Origin: Bryobacterales bacterium | GTDB taxonomy: Bacteria > Acidobacteriota > Terriglobia > Bryobacterales > UBA6623 | Direction: 5' to 3' | DNA: 64,000 bases | Assembly (NCBI GenBank): GCA_965216215.1 | Contig: CBDCFO010000006.1 | Span: 208,626-272,625, forward strand | Shown here: one piece after another, positions 1 to 10,038 of the stretch | How positions within the stretch are numbered: the stretch's first letter is position 1 | Layout: each line of letters begins with the position of its first letter | The notes under the pieces: generated by a model | Database searches by the model: none | Seen by the model: only the letters and a program-made list of their open reading frames with translations | What the model was told of the DNA's origin: nothing | Translations under genes and position numbers: made by a program

Positions 1-121
1 TTGCGTGAGTTCGGGCCGGAGGTGACACAGACGGTGAATGCGTTTGCCGCGAGTTCAGACCCCGTGCCTGCGGTTCCACTCGGACGGGAGGCGGAGCGGT
101 AAGGAAGATTGGCATTTGGAC

Positions 122-3100
122 ATGAAGCGAATCTGGAAACACGCCTTGTCCGGGGTGCTCTGGCTGGCAGCCGGGGCGCAGGTCCTCGGCGCATCCGAGA
201 TTTTCGGCATAGTCTGGGACTCGACCGGTTCGGTCTTGCCCCATGTCCAGATCACAGCCTCGAACACAGAGACAGGAATCCAGCATAGGACTGAGTCTGG
301 CAAGACCGGCGGCTACAGCATTCCGTTCCTGAAGCAAGGCACCTACCTCCTTTCGGTTCGGAAGGCGGGTTTCATGATCAGCACTGTTCGGCACATCGCC
401 CTCGACGCCGAACAGCAGTTGCGAATCGACGTCACGTTGCTGCTGGCGGTAGTGTCGGAGTCCATTCACATCACGGACATGGCCCTCTTGGATACCTCCT
501 CGTCCGAGCTCGGCGAGACGGTTTCCGGAAATGTGATTCGGGAACTGCCGCTGAATGGCAGGAATTTCACGGAACTTCTGTCGACCGCCCCGGGAGTCAC
601 GCCGGTCAGCAGCGCCCAGGGCTCATCGCCGGGGACGACTGACGCAGAGCCGACCGGGATTCCTGGCTCGCGCGTGCTCAAGCCGTCGTTTCATGGGCAG
701 CAGAACCGGTCAGTGATTTACTATCTCGACGGAATTGTGAATACCGACTTCCGCGTCACGACATACGGTTACCTGCCGAATATCGACCTGCTGGACTCGA
801 TGCGGGTGCATGCGCATTCAGACAAGGTGGAGTGGGGGGGCGTCACCGGAGGGGTGGTCAGCCTCGCATCGAAGTCCGGGACCAACACGTTTCGAGGCAC
901 GGCATTCTCGTTCGTTCGCAACAGCGCCTTCGACGCGAGGGATCCGTTCAAGGACGCCAACAGCGACGGGCCCGCTCCGTTCCGCCAGAACCAGTTCGGT
1001 GTCACGTACAGCGGCAGGGTCGTTCGCAACAAGAGCTTCTTTTCCGCTGGCTACGAAGGCTGGCGGTACCGCAAGCCCACTCAGTCGCTGGCACGCGTCC
1101 CCACCCCGGAGGAACTCGCGGGCGACTTTTCCAACTCGGTAATCGGCCAGACCATCTTCGATCCGTTCTCTACCAGGCTGGACGCTGCCGGCAACCAATT
1201 CAGGACGAGCTTCCCCGGAAACCGCATTCCCGGAGCATTGCTTTCCCGCCAGATGCGCGGTTACTTCGAGGCGTACGAGGAGCGCCCGAATCTTGTTGAT
1301 CCGGTGTCGAATTTCATCAACAGCGCTCCATCAGTCGACGACGCGAATTCGCTGCAGGTCAAGGTCGACCACCGATTCTCTGACGAGGACAGCATATTCG
1401 GCCGCTGGAGCCGGATGGCCCGCCAATCGGTCGAGCACATAGGCCAGAAGTCCAGCGACGGGAGCGATATGGTCGCAACGAACTTCGGGGGCGGCTGGAT
1501 TCACGTATTCGATCCCACGGTGGTGCTGGGCCTTCGTGGCGGGGCTGCGCGAAGGGACTTCCTTTTCGACTTGCAGACGCATGTCGAGGGCGTGGACGGC
1601 CTGGCCCGGCTGGGGTTTCGCGACGCCGAACGGTTCGGAGGGCTGCAGGTGGCCTTGACCAGTCCCTGGGGAACGTCCGGAATAGCAGGGGCCGCCCCGC
1701 GCGAGAACCCGACCTTCAACGTCGCGGGCGACCTGACGGTCGTGCGGGGCCGTCACACGTTCAAGATCGGCGGCCAGTGGTTGGCGGTCGAGCGGTTCCA
1801 GAACAACACCTTCCAGGTCTTCCGCTTCGCCGACCAAGTGACCGGCGACCCGCAGAACCCGGGCGTGACGGGCGCCTCGCTGGCCTCGGCCCTGCTGGGC
1901 CTGCCGTCCAGCTTCGACGGCTTCCAGCCGAACGAAGGCACGATCCATTTCCGGATTCCGACCTACTCGGCATACGTGCAGGACGAGTGGCGCGCTGGCT
2001 CGCGGCTCACTCTCAACTACGGGGTGCGGTTCGACTACAGCCGGCCTGCGACGATTCTCAACGACGGGCTGATGGGCGGCATCGACATCGACCGGCAGGT
2101 CTGGCTCATCGGAGCGCAGTCGATGCCCGGGGACTGCAGCCAGACGGGCCGCGCGCCGTGCATTCCGGACGGCGTGCCGCATCGGGACCGCATCGTGCTG
2201 GCGAACCCCACGAACTTCCTGCCCAACCCGGTCAGGGACAACTGGGGGCCGCGCATCGGCGCGGCCTACCGGGTCGACGACAGCACCGTTTTGCGAGGCG
2301 GGTACGGGCTGTACTGGGACGCGCTGACCAGCAACAGCCAGTACACGCAGCACAATGTCAGCACCTGGCCGGTGGCGAGCGGGTTCAGCGGCAAGGCCAA
2401 CGACCTGGGCGACGCCCCGCAGTCCATTTCGGACCTGGAGGGGAACTTCCCGGCAGTCCTGCCGGCGGCGAACCCGTGGGTGCTCGACATGTGGAGCAAC
2501 GATCCGGCGCGCAAGAACGGATTCTCGCACCAGTGGCACGTGGAACTGCAGCGGCAGGTGACGGACCAGTTGATGGCCTCGGCGGCGTACGTGGGCAGCG
2601 CGAACCGGCGCGGCGAGTACTCGGGGCTGGGCAACAGCGCGACGGTGTCGGGGCCGGGGACGCCGGAGGAGGTGAACGCCAGGCGGCCGTTCCCGCAGGC
2701 CGGCGGGGGAACCTTCTACGGCCGGAGCATCGGGGAGTCGAGCTACCACGCGCTGCAGCTGAAGGCGCAACGGCGGTTCTCGGACGGGTTCCAGATGCTG
2801 CTGTCGTACACCTGGTCGAAGTCGATGGACAACGGATCGAGCGGGTGGTTCGGAGCGGAGAACGGGCCGGGGGGAAGCTCGGCGGCGCAGAACTATCACG
2901 ATCCGGACTCGAACCGCAGCGTGTCGAGCTACAACATCCCGCACTTCCTGAGTTTCTACTCGGTGTACGAATTGCCTGCAGGGAAGGGCAAGCGGCACTT
3001 GAGTTCGGGACCGGGGGCGTGGTTGCTGGGCAACTGGCAGGCCAACGTGATCCTGCAGTGGAGGTCGGGCCAGCCGTACAACCTGGAGGTGCCGGGAGAC

Positions 3101-3478
3101 GTGGCGAACATCGGGAACTCGGTGGCGTGGTGGAACTACGCGCGGCCGAACCTGGTGGGTGACCCGCAGGCGGGCAGCCGGACGGCGGAGCGCTACTACA
3201 ATCCGGACGCGTTCGACGTGCCGAGCATGGAGTACGGGGATTTCGGGCGGAACGTGCTGTCGAGCGACCCGGTGTTCAACGCGGATTTCTCGCTGTTCAA
3301 GCTGGTGCCGCTGGCGGACCAGAGGAGGCTGGAGATCCGCCTGGAAGCGTTCAACGTGTTCAACCACATCGACTGGGCGTCGCCGGGGACGCTGGTGGGC
3401 CGGGCAGGGGCCGGCCGGGTCTCGTCGACGGCGCACGCTCCCCGCATCCTGCAACTCGGTCTGAAGCTGCACTTCTGA
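122..3478 (+). CDS. TonB-dependent outer-membrane receptor with N-terminal carboxypeptidase-regulatory-like domain
   Basis: ORF 38..3478. The ATG at 122 gives signal peptide MKRIWKHALSGVLWLAAGAQVLGA. This is followed by a CarboxypepD_reg-like segment (GIVWDSTGSVLPHVQITASNTETG...GGYSIPFLKQGTYLLSVRKAGF), a plug-like NGRNFTELL motif and a long beta-barrel ending LQLGLKLHF with a terminal aromatic residue. Confidence 0.85.
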   Translation: MKRIWKHALSGVLWLAAGAQVLGASEIFGIVWDSTGSVLPHVQITASNTETGIQHRTESGKTGGYSIPFLKQGTYLLSVRKAGFMISTVRHIALDAEQQLRIDVTLLLAVVSESIHITDMALLDTSSSELGETVSGNVIRELPLNGRNFTELLSTAPGVTPVSSAQGSSPGTTDAEPTGIPGSRVLKPSFHGQQNRSVIYYLDGIVNTDFRVTTYGYLPNIDLLDSMRVHAHSDKVEWGGVTGGVVSLASKSGTNTFRGTAFSFVRNSAFDARDPFKDANSDGPAPFRQNQFGVTYSGRVVRNKSFFSAGYEGWRYRKPTQSLARVPTPEELAGDFSNSVIGQTIFDPFSTRLDAAGNQFRTSFPGNRIPGALLSRQMRGYFEAYEERPNLVDPVSNFINSAPSVDDANSLQVKVDHRFSDEDSIFGRWSRMARQSVEHIGQKSSDGSDMVATNFGGGWIHVFDPTVVLGLRGGAARRDFLFDLQTHVEGVDGLARLGFRDAERFGGLQVALTSPWGTSGIAGAAPRENPTFNVAGDLTVVRGRHTFKIGGQWLAVERFQNNTFQVFRFADQVTGDPQNPGVTGASLASALLGLPSSFDGFQPNEGTIHFRIPTYSAYVQDEWRAGSRLTLNYGVRFDYSRPATILNDGLMGGIDIDRQVWLIGAQSMPGDCSQTGRAPCIPDGVPHRDRIVLANPTNFLPNPVRDNWGPRIGAAYRVDDSTVLRGGYGLYWDALTSNSQYTQHNVSTWPVASGFSGKANDLGDAPQSISDLEGNFPAVLPAANPWVLDMWSNDPARKNGFSHQWHVELQRQVTDQLMASAAYVGSANRRGEYSGLGNSATVSGPGTPEEVNARRPFPQAGGGTFYGRSIGESSYHALQLKAQRRFSDGFQMLLSYTWSKSMDNGSSGWFGAENGPGGSSAAQNYHDPDSNRSVSSYNIPHFLSFYSVYELPAGKGKRHLSSGPGAWLLGNWQANVILQWRSGQPYNLEVPGDVANIGNSVAWWNYARPNLVGDPQAGSRTAERYYNPDAFDVPSMEYGDFGRNVLSSDPVFNADFSLFKLVPLADQRRLEIRLEAFNVFNHIDWASPGTLVGRAGAGRVSSTAHAPRILQLGLKLHF

Positions 3479-3756
3479 GGAGGGCAGTCACCGAGCGTCC
3501 ACCGTTTGCAGGTTGTCCGCCGTGCCAATGCATGTGCAGCTTCCGGCTTGGGAGTGCCCCGCTGCCATTGCCGAGACAAGCACCTTTGCGCGGCCGATTC
3601 CAGTTCAGTGCGTCTCAGCCAGTCTCCAAGGGCGCCGGGCCATTGCAGCCAGCCGCTTTCCGCAAGCGGTGCTGCGATATCGTTCCCGACTCCGCGCCAC
3701 CGCGGAGCCTGCCGAAGGGAAAGAACGCGTCAACCGTGGTAACCGTGCCTACCGAG

Positions 3757-5520
3757 TCACTCCGGCTCGGTGACCGCAAGAACCTGTCCGGAAGACACAT
3801 CTTCGAGGCTCTGCACCTTGCCGCTGGGCCAACGAATCTCAACCTGTCGAATGGTGCGATCGTCCCCAATGCCGAAATGCAAGCGCTTGTCGGAAGAACT
3901 TGCGTATCCGACCGCAGTTGTGGCGTGACTGTATTGCTTCCGACCGGACGCATGGGTCAATTCGACCCGGGCACCGATTCCGGAACGGTTGCTCGCGGTT
4001 CCTTGCAGGTCTAGCGTCAGCCACTGGCCTGCCTCGGACTGGTTGAACAGGACCGCGGCCTCGGCACCGATTGCGGACACGACCACATCGACCCTGCCAT
4101 CGTTGTCGAGGTCGCCGAATGCGGCGCCTCTGTGTGCCTCCATCCGAGCCAGGGCCGGCCCGGCCTGCGGCGCGACGTCTCGATAGGTGCCGTCAGCGGC
4201 CTTCTGGAAGATCGCGTTCGGTAGCCGGTAGGCCTGGTCGCGGTAGGACTCGATGTTCTCGCTTACATGCGAATTGGCGGTGAAGACTTCCCGCACGCCA
4301 TCGTTGTCGAAATCGATTGCTGCGACGCTCCATCCGGACATCCTGAACGAGGCGAGCCCGATCCCCGTTCGGTATGTCGCGTCCGAGAACACGCCGTCAC
4401 CGCTGTTCAGAAACAAGGGATAGGTCTCGTTGGCCAGCGCCGTGATGACAGCATCCGGAAGGCCGTCTCCGTTGAGGTCGCGAAAGTCCAGACCCATGCT
4501 GGAAACCGGAATGCCGTCCGCGATGAACGCTATGCCGGACTGTACGCCCACCTCTGCGAAGCGCTTTCCTTGCAGATTGTGGAAGAGGAAGTTTCGCACC
4601 GAGTCATTGGTTACCAAGATGTCCATGAACCCGTCGCCGTCGTAGTCCGCCACTCCGGCGCTCATGCCCTTGCCGACATGGTCGGCAATCCCGCTCTCGC
4701 GGCTCACATCGTCGAAAGTGCCGTCCCCGACGTTCCGGTAGAGGGCATTGGGAAGACCCTCGTAGTAGGCCGGTGAGCAGGACAGGCGGCGGCCCGGATC
4801 GCCACAAACGCGGTTTGCATTCCATGACCAGTCCAAGTAGTTCACGACAAACAGGTCCAAGTCTCCGTCGTTGTCATAGTCCAGCCATGCGGCTGCGACA
4901 GACCAGCGCTGGTTGCTCGATCCTCCGACACCCGCCCCATGTGTGACGTCTGAGAAACGGCAGTCACCGTCATTGTGGTAGAGGATGTTGCGATCGACTC
5001 CGGCGACGAACAGGTCTATCCTGCCGTCGTTGTCATAGTCGCCCGCCGCCAGGCCCATGTTGTACCCGGCACCCTCGACTCCGGATTGACGCGTGATGTC
5101 CTCGAATTGCCGATCGCCCAGGTTGCGATACAGGCGGTTGTGAAACGATTCGTCCGCCTTCTCGAAGTCCGGAAAACGTGCGCCGTTCGCGAAGTAGATG
5201 TCGAGTAGCCCGTCGTTGTCGCAGTCCAGCACGGCGACCCCGCCCAGAGTTGAGTCGGGCATCGGCTTTTCGTCGACCGTTCCGTTGTCGAGCACGAAAT
5301 CAACACCTGTCCCGGGGTCTTCGAAGCGGATCTGGCGGATGGCCTCGGGAGCCAGGCCTGTCGGCGGTGAATCAGGCGTCCCGAACCACACTGCTATGGC
5401 GACAAGAAAACCCAGGGTCGCGTACGCCAGGTGGCGGCCGCGGATTCGCCGGGGGGGCGGTTCGGGCCGGACGGACGGCTTGGGACGGTTTCCCGATGCC
5501 GAGCGATTTCTCTTGCTCAC
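3757..5520 (-). CDS. CRTAC1-family protein (FG-GAP/VCBS repeats plus ASPIC/UnbV C-terminal domain)
   Basis: 587-aa ORF with an N-terminal TM/signal segment (LAYATLGFLVAIAVWF), repeated D.D.DG..D(L/I)(F/Y)V.N calcium-binding FG-GAP motifs, and a C-terminal UnbV_ASPIC-like GIGARVEL...GYASSSD..LHFGIG motif. Confidence 0.85.
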   Translation of the reverse strand: MSKRNRSASGNRPKPSVRPEPPPRRIRGRHLAYATLGFLVAIAVWFGTPDSPPTGLAPEAIRQIRFEDPGTGVDFVLDNGTVDEKPMPDSTLGGVAVLDCDNDGLLDIYFANGARFPDFEKADESFHNRLYRNLGDRQFEDITRQSGVEGAGYNMGLAAGDYDNDGRIDLFVAGVDRNILYHNDGDCRFSDVTHGAGVGGSSNQRWSVAAAWLDYDNDGDLDLFVVNYLDWSWNANRVCGDPGRRLSCSPAYYEGLPNALYRNVGDGTFDDVSRESGIADHVGKGMSAGVADYDGDGFMDILVTNDSVRNFLFHNLQGKRFAEVGVQSGIAFIADGIPVSSMGLDFRDLNGDGLPDAVITALANETYPLFLNSGDGVFSDATYRTGIGLASFRMSGWSVAAIDFDNDGVREVFTANSHVSENIESYRDQAYRLPNAIFQKAADGTYRDVAPQAGPALARMEAHRGAAFGDLDNDGRVDVVVSAIGAEAAVLFNQSEAGQWLTLDLQGTASNRSGIGARVELTHASGRKQYSHATTAVGYASSSDKRLHFGIGDDRTIRQVEIRWPSGKVQSLEDVSSGQVLAVTEPE

Positions 5521-5829
5521 GTTTCAATCAATCAATCCGTCAGCGCCAACGCCGGCAGTATCAGGGACTGTCTGCTGCTACCACGGAGCGCGCCAACGCC
5601 CTGGCGGCGCTAACCGAAGCCCTCGGAGCCCCTTACGACTCGGATGGGAGCAGTTTAGCACCGGGTTCCATCGGGCTGGACTGGGCCGAGGCGGAAGACG
5701 GGTCCACTAGCTGGTGGTGCCTGCGAGCTAGCCGACGAGCCGTGCCGGGGTGATCACGGGAATACCGCGCTTGGAGGTGTTTGAGTCGGCTGGAATCAGA
5801 ACTAGCGCTAGACTATGACCTCGGGTTGA

Positions 5830-6690
5830 ATGCAAATCGTGCGCGCCAGGGCATGCCGATATCTGATCGGGTTGACGCTCTGTTGCGTTGCCAGTTCGAG
5901 CTTGCTGGCTGGTTCGTGCCTCGGCGTTGAAGAGGGCCTGTCAGCTACGCGTGAGCTGCTATCCCAAGGGCGGTTCCCCGACGCCTGGGACAAGCTGTCG
6001 GCGCTTTCCGCGAGCCATCCGGACTGTGCGGAGGTCGTCTTGATGGACGCTCGGATGCACGCTGGTCGAGGCCAGCCTCAGGACGCGGAGAAGCTCTTCC
6101 TGCGAGCCTGCCAGCTTGCTCCTTCAGAGCCGGAGCCATTCTTCCAACTCGGAGTGTTCTACGACGGGAGGCAACAGCATGGACGAGCGGCGGAACAGTT
6201 TCGGAAGGTCCTTCGATTGACGCCTGGGGATCCTCACGCCTATGACTATCTCGGCTTGAGCCTCGAAGCGCTCGGAAACTTTGACAAGGCCGAATCGGCC
6301 TATCGCATGGGCTTGGCCCGCAACAGCGGAGATCGTTTCGATCCCATGCTGCACTACAACTACGGTCGATTCCTCGTCAAGCAGAACCGTTTCGACGCCG
6401 CGCAGGGTCACTTGGACAAGGCGCTGGAGCTTGCTCCGGACGTGCGCGCTGTGCACTACGAGCGGGCGAAACTTGCCGAGAGGCTCGGCGACACCGAGGG
6501 TGCGCGCTTCTACGCCGAGACAGCCCTGGCTCTCGCAGACCCCGAGGGGGTCATTCTTGACATGCAAGTCCACTATCTCCTGTCACGGATCTATCGAGAC
6601 CTAGGCGAGGCTGATCTTGCCGCCAAGTACACGGCTCTGAGCCAGAAGGCCGAACTCCCCTTGCGAGCTCGCCAGCGATCCGGGCGCTGA
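5830..6690 (+). CDS. TPR-repeat protein (secreted)
   Basis: 286-aa ORF with a signal-like N-terminus (LIGLTLCCVASSSLLAGSC) and multiple 34-aa TPR-like units (AEKLFLRACQLAPSEPEPFFQLGVFY, AEQFRKVLRLTPGDPHAYDYLG, etc.). Confidence 0.75.
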   Translation: MQIVRARACRYLIGLTLCCVASSSLLAGSCLGVEEGLSATRELLSQGRFPDAWDKLSALSASHPDCAEVVLMDARMHAGRGQPQDAEKLFLRACQLAPSEPEPFFQLGVFYDGRQQHGRAAEQFRKVLRLTPGDPHAYDYLGLSLEALGNFDKAESAYRMGLARNSGDRFDPMLHYNYGRFLVKQNRFDAAQGHLDKALELAPDVRAVHYERAKLAERLGDTEGARFYAETALALADPEGVILDMQVHYLLSRIYRDLGEADLAAKYTALSQKAELPLRARQRSGR

Positions 6691-6732
6691 GGATTCGCCC
6701 GCGCGGGCAGTGGTCCGAGCGTGAGGTTCGTG

Positions 6733-8391
6733 TCAGTCGCGCTCTTCTTCGACAACCCGCAATACTTGGTTCGGCTGGATATTCCGAACGGTCTGGATCG
6801 TGCCCGAGGGCCAGTGCACGGTCAAGGACTCCACGACCGATGCGTTCCCGATCCCGAAATGGACCGGTCCGGTGAACGACGACGCGTAGCCGCCGCTTGA
6901 GGTCGCCGTATTGAACTGGTTTCCGCTCCGGGCCGTCAGTTGCACGACAGCACCTAGTCCGTCGCGATTCGACTCAGTGCCCTCGAGTTCGACTGCAAGC
7001 CAGCGGTTGCCTCCGGAGCTGTCGTTGCACCAAACCTCGGCAGGTGCGCCGAGCGCCGTGACCACCAGGTCCAGCCGGCCGTCGCCGTCGAGATCGCCCA
7101 GCGCCGCGCCGCGATGCCGCCTGGCAGGCGCCGCGTCAAAGCCAGCTTCCGCTTGCAGCGCGACGAAGCGTCCGTTGCCGTCATTCCGGAACACGGCATT
7201 GAGATGGACCACAGGGAGGCTCGGATTGACGGGATTTGACTGGACATCGCCTAGCGAGAAGAACAGGTCTTTGCGCGTGTCGTTGTCCAGGTCCGCGATG
7301 ATCGCGCCGTAGCCTGCCATGTCGCGAGTTTGGGCCGCTAGTCCGCTGGTCCTCGTGATGTCAACGAAGTAGCCGTCCGAAGTGTTCTGCATCAGCGGGA
7401 ACGTCTCACCCGGCAATGCGGCATAGACAACGTCTTCCAGCCCATCGCCATCGATGTCTCGAGCATCGAGTCCCATTCCGGATATCTCGCGACCGTGTTC
7501 CGGGAGCGCTATCGTCGCCTCGAATCCAACCTCCTCGAAGCGGCCGTCGCCGGAGTTGCGAAACAGGAAGTTCGGGAGCTTGTCGTTCGTCACGAAGACA
7601 TCCACGAAGCCGTTTCGGTCGAAATCGGCCACGGACGCACCCATCCCCTTGCCAACACTGGATCGAATCCCGGAGGATGCGGACAAATCCTCGAAAGTGC
7701 CGTCTCCGTTGTTGCGATAAATCCGGCTCGGAGTGCCTCCGTAGTGCTTAGGGTGGCAATAGTCCCTGGTGCCAGTCGCATCGCATACGGGATCTACGCC
7801 CGGTGCCCAGCTCAGGTAGTTGACGACGAAGAGGTCCAGCAACCCGTCCCGGTCGAAATCGAGCCATGCGCCGGCGATGGCCCACAGAGCGCCGAACTCG
7901 TCGTCGGCAGCGCTGATGCCCGCAGTTTGCGTGACGTCCGAGAAATTCTCGCCGCGCTCGTTGCGATATAGGAAATTCCGGTGCAGCCCGCCAACGAAGA
8001 TGTCTTGATCGCCGTCATTGTCATAGTCAGCGACGGCCACGCCAAACGCGAAGGCCTCTCCTCGGAGCCCGACGCGATCTGTCACGTCGGTGAACTCAAA
8101 TCCTCCGTCGTTCCGGAACAGCCTATTGCTGTAGCGGTCCGAGGTCTTCTTGTTCGCTGGCAGTTCGGCGCCGTTCGCGAAGAAAACGTCAAGGTCCCCG
8201 TCGCTGTCGTAGTCGAACAGGGCAACTCCCCCCGCCATGGTTTCGGGTGCGTAGCGGTTCGCCGACTCGGAGTTTTCCAGGGTGAAACCAATGTCTCTGT
8301 GAGTGAAGTGGATTGAGGCTCCCGACAGCAGCGCCGTGGGAACGGCAATCCCGATCAATAGCCAGGGCGAATGCGGTCGGAATGCGTCCAT
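6733..8391 (-). CDS. CRTAC1-family protein (FG-GAP/VCBS repeats plus ASPIC/UnbV domain), paralog of 3757..5520
   Basis: 552-aa ORF with the same D.D.DGD.D repeat pattern and the C-terminal GLGAVVQL...GGYASSF..VHFGIG motif. Its start lies 3 nt downstream of the TPR gene at 8394..9599, suggesting an operon. Confidence 0.85.
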   Translation of the reverse strand: MDAFRPHSPWLLIGIAVPTALLSGASIHFTHRDIGFTLENSESANRYAPETMAGGVALFDYDSDGDLDVFFANGAELPANKKTSDRYSNRLFRNDGGFEFTDVTDRVGLRGEAFAFGVAVADYDNDGDQDIFVGGLHRNFLYRNERGENFSDVTQTAGISAADDEFGALWAIAGAWLDFDRDGLLDLFVVNYLSWAPGVDPVCDATGTRDYCHPKHYGGTPSRIYRNNGDGTFEDLSASSGIRSSVGKGMGASVADFDRNGFVDVFVTNDKLPNFLFRNSGDGRFEEVGFEATIALPEHGREISGMGLDARDIDGDGLEDVVYAALPGETFPLMQNTSDGYFVDITRTSGLAAQTRDMAGYGAIIADLDNDTRKDLFFSLGDVQSNPVNPSLPVVHLNAVFRNDGNGRFVALQAEAGFDAAPARRHRGAALGDLDGDGRLDLVVTALGAPAEVWCNDSSGGNRWLAVELEGTESNRDGLGAVVQLTARSGNQFNTATSSGGYASSFTGPVHFGIGNASVVESLTVHWPSGTIQTVRNIQPNQVLRVVEEERD

Positions 8392-8393
8392 GG

Positions 8394-9599
8394 CTAGTCA
8401 GGCGCATGGTCCAGCGCGATATATAGTGCCTTGGTCGCGTCCACGTCCCCGGGAGCCATTCGGAGCACTTTGCGAAGCCTGGCCTTGGCCTCGTCCCACC
8501 TCTCGAGGCGGCAAAGCGCAAGAGCGGCGTTCCTGTGGAAGTCGATATTCCGGGGCGCGATGGCTGCGGCCTCCTCGTATCGCCGAAGGGCCAGTTCGAT
8601 GTTCCCGGCGGATTGTGCCTCAAGGCCCAGGTTGTTCAGCCGGCCCGCTTCGTTGATCTTGGATTCATGCAGGATGCGTCGTGAAGCAGCCGCGGCAAGG
8701 CCCGACAGGACATCGCGGGCTTCGTCCGCCTTGCCGGCCGCCCGCAGCGCTCTGCCGAGAGCGTATCCCGCAATCTGATTTGAAGGCTCGAGTTGATTTG
8801 CGCGCCGCAATGGCTCCACGGCGGCTTCGGGATTGCCGTTCCGCAAGAGTTGAGAACCGTACAAGTGATGTGCTTCGAAGCTGTCCGGCATCAGATTCGC
8901 AGCTTTCCGCAGGACGGTCTCGGAGGCGATGGGGTCTGTGCCTCCCGCGAGGCTACGGCCCCATTCCAAGTACGCTGCGCCGAAGGTCGGTTGCAGCCCA
9001 GCCGCTGTCTCGAAGTCGGTCACCGCCATTTCCAACTGGTCCCGTTGGGCCCGAGCCTTCCCCCGCAAGTAGTGGAGACGGGCGCGCGCGGAATCCTCGG
9101 CGGCGTGTTCGATTGCCGCCGTGAAGTGCGGCAGCGCTTCCTCCAATGCTCCTTCCAGTGCCAGCGAAAGAGCGACTCCCTCGTGCGCTGGACTGAGCTT
9201 GGGGTCAAGCTCGATCGCCGCGCGGAAAGCGTTTCGAGCCCGCTCGTGCTCTCCGAACTGAGCCAGGCCTTGGCCGAGTGCCAGTTGATTTGCTGGATTC
9301 CCAGGCTGGAGCTGAACCGACCGGCCAAGGGCTCCGAGCGCCGCAGACCGCTGGCCCAGCAGCGACAGCGCTACACCGAGCAGGCGGTGGCCGTCCGCGC
9401 TTCCGGGATTCTCGGTGACGTAGTGCCGGAGCGCATCAGCCGCGGTTTGCGGAGATCCGCTGACGATTGCCTCGCTTGCCTCGAAGAGAGGATCCTGAGC
9501 CCACACGACACTTGCGTGCGACAGTGAAATGCCAATCGCAAGGCTGGCCGACCTGATCCAGCATCCGGTTCGTGTCTTGCACAACACCAGTTTGTCCAC
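8394..9599 (-). CDS. TPR-repeat protein
   Basis: 401-aa ORF with a signal-like N-terminus and about 9 TPR-like units (ALGALGRSVQLQPGNPANQLALGQG, ARNAFRAAIELDPKLSPAHEGVALS, etc.). Confidence 0.8.
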   Translation of the reverse strand: MDKLVLCKTRTGCWIRSASLAIGISLSHASVVWAQDPLFEASEAIVSGSPQTAADALRHYVTENPGSADGHRLLGVALSLLGQRSAALGALGRSVQLQPGNPANQLALGQGLAQFGEHERARNAFRAAIELDPKLSPAHEGVALSLALEGALEEALPHFTAAIEHAAEDSARARLHYLRGKARAQRDQLEMAVTDFETAAGLQPTFGAAYLEWGRSLAGGTDPIASETVLRKAANLMPDSFEAHHLYGSQLLRNGNPEAAVEPLRRANQLEPSNQIAGYALGRALRAAGKADEARDVLSGLAAAASRRILHESKINEAGRLNNLGLEAQSAGNIELALRRYEEAAAIAPRNIDFHRNAALALCRLERWDEAKARLRKVLRMAPGDVDATKALYIALDHAPD

Positions 9600-9693
9600 A
9601 GTCTATAACCACAGTCATGCAACCGCTCGGACGAGCGATCCGACCGAACCGAAGGCTCGAATGGAGATGAAATCCTTGAGCTTCCCCTGTCTG

Positions 9694-10038
9694 CTACCGA
9701 TGGCTACCAGTCAGTATCCTCGATCTGCGCTGCATGCCGCTCCACCCGAACTCCCGGGTTCCGGCCACTTCACTGATGGCTGGATACACCTGAAACTTGA
9801 GCAGCACCAGCGCAACGGCCGCTGGCAGGCCCACCGCTGTGACCGCCCACTGACGATCGACTCCGAGGGCAAGCCCCACCGAGAGCGCGGCCGTCGCGAT
9901 GCTTGCCCCGCCGATGCCCATGAAGACATCTCCGGCCGACAAACCAGGCCAGGCCCGGGTGCTCCCGTCGGCCAAGGCTGCTGGCAGGAGTGCCCCTGCC
10001 AGCGGAACTAGCAGCAGCGAGCCCGCCGCAGCCCAGAG
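9694..10038 (-). pseudogene. C-terminal fragment of an integral membrane protein, 5'-truncated by the TIR element
   Basis: The reading frame is open from the TIR boundary (10038) and gives the hydrophobic segments LWAAAGSLLLVPLAGALLPAAL...GIGGASIATAALSVGLALGV...VTAVGLPAAVALVLL. There is no start codon or N-terminal part. Confidence 0.35.

Noticed and set aside
1331-3472. A 713-aa ORF antisense to the TonB receptor. Similar long shadow ORFs occur at 22979..24610(-), 33891..36278(+), 45062..47662(-), 47484..48761(-), 53609..54598(-), 55205..56146(-) and 58240..59676(-).
   Set aside because: All are Arg/Pro/Ala/Gly-rich with no recognisable motifs. All lie opposite or out of frame to genes with clear family signatures. 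They are typical stop-poor alternative frames in ~65% GC DNA.
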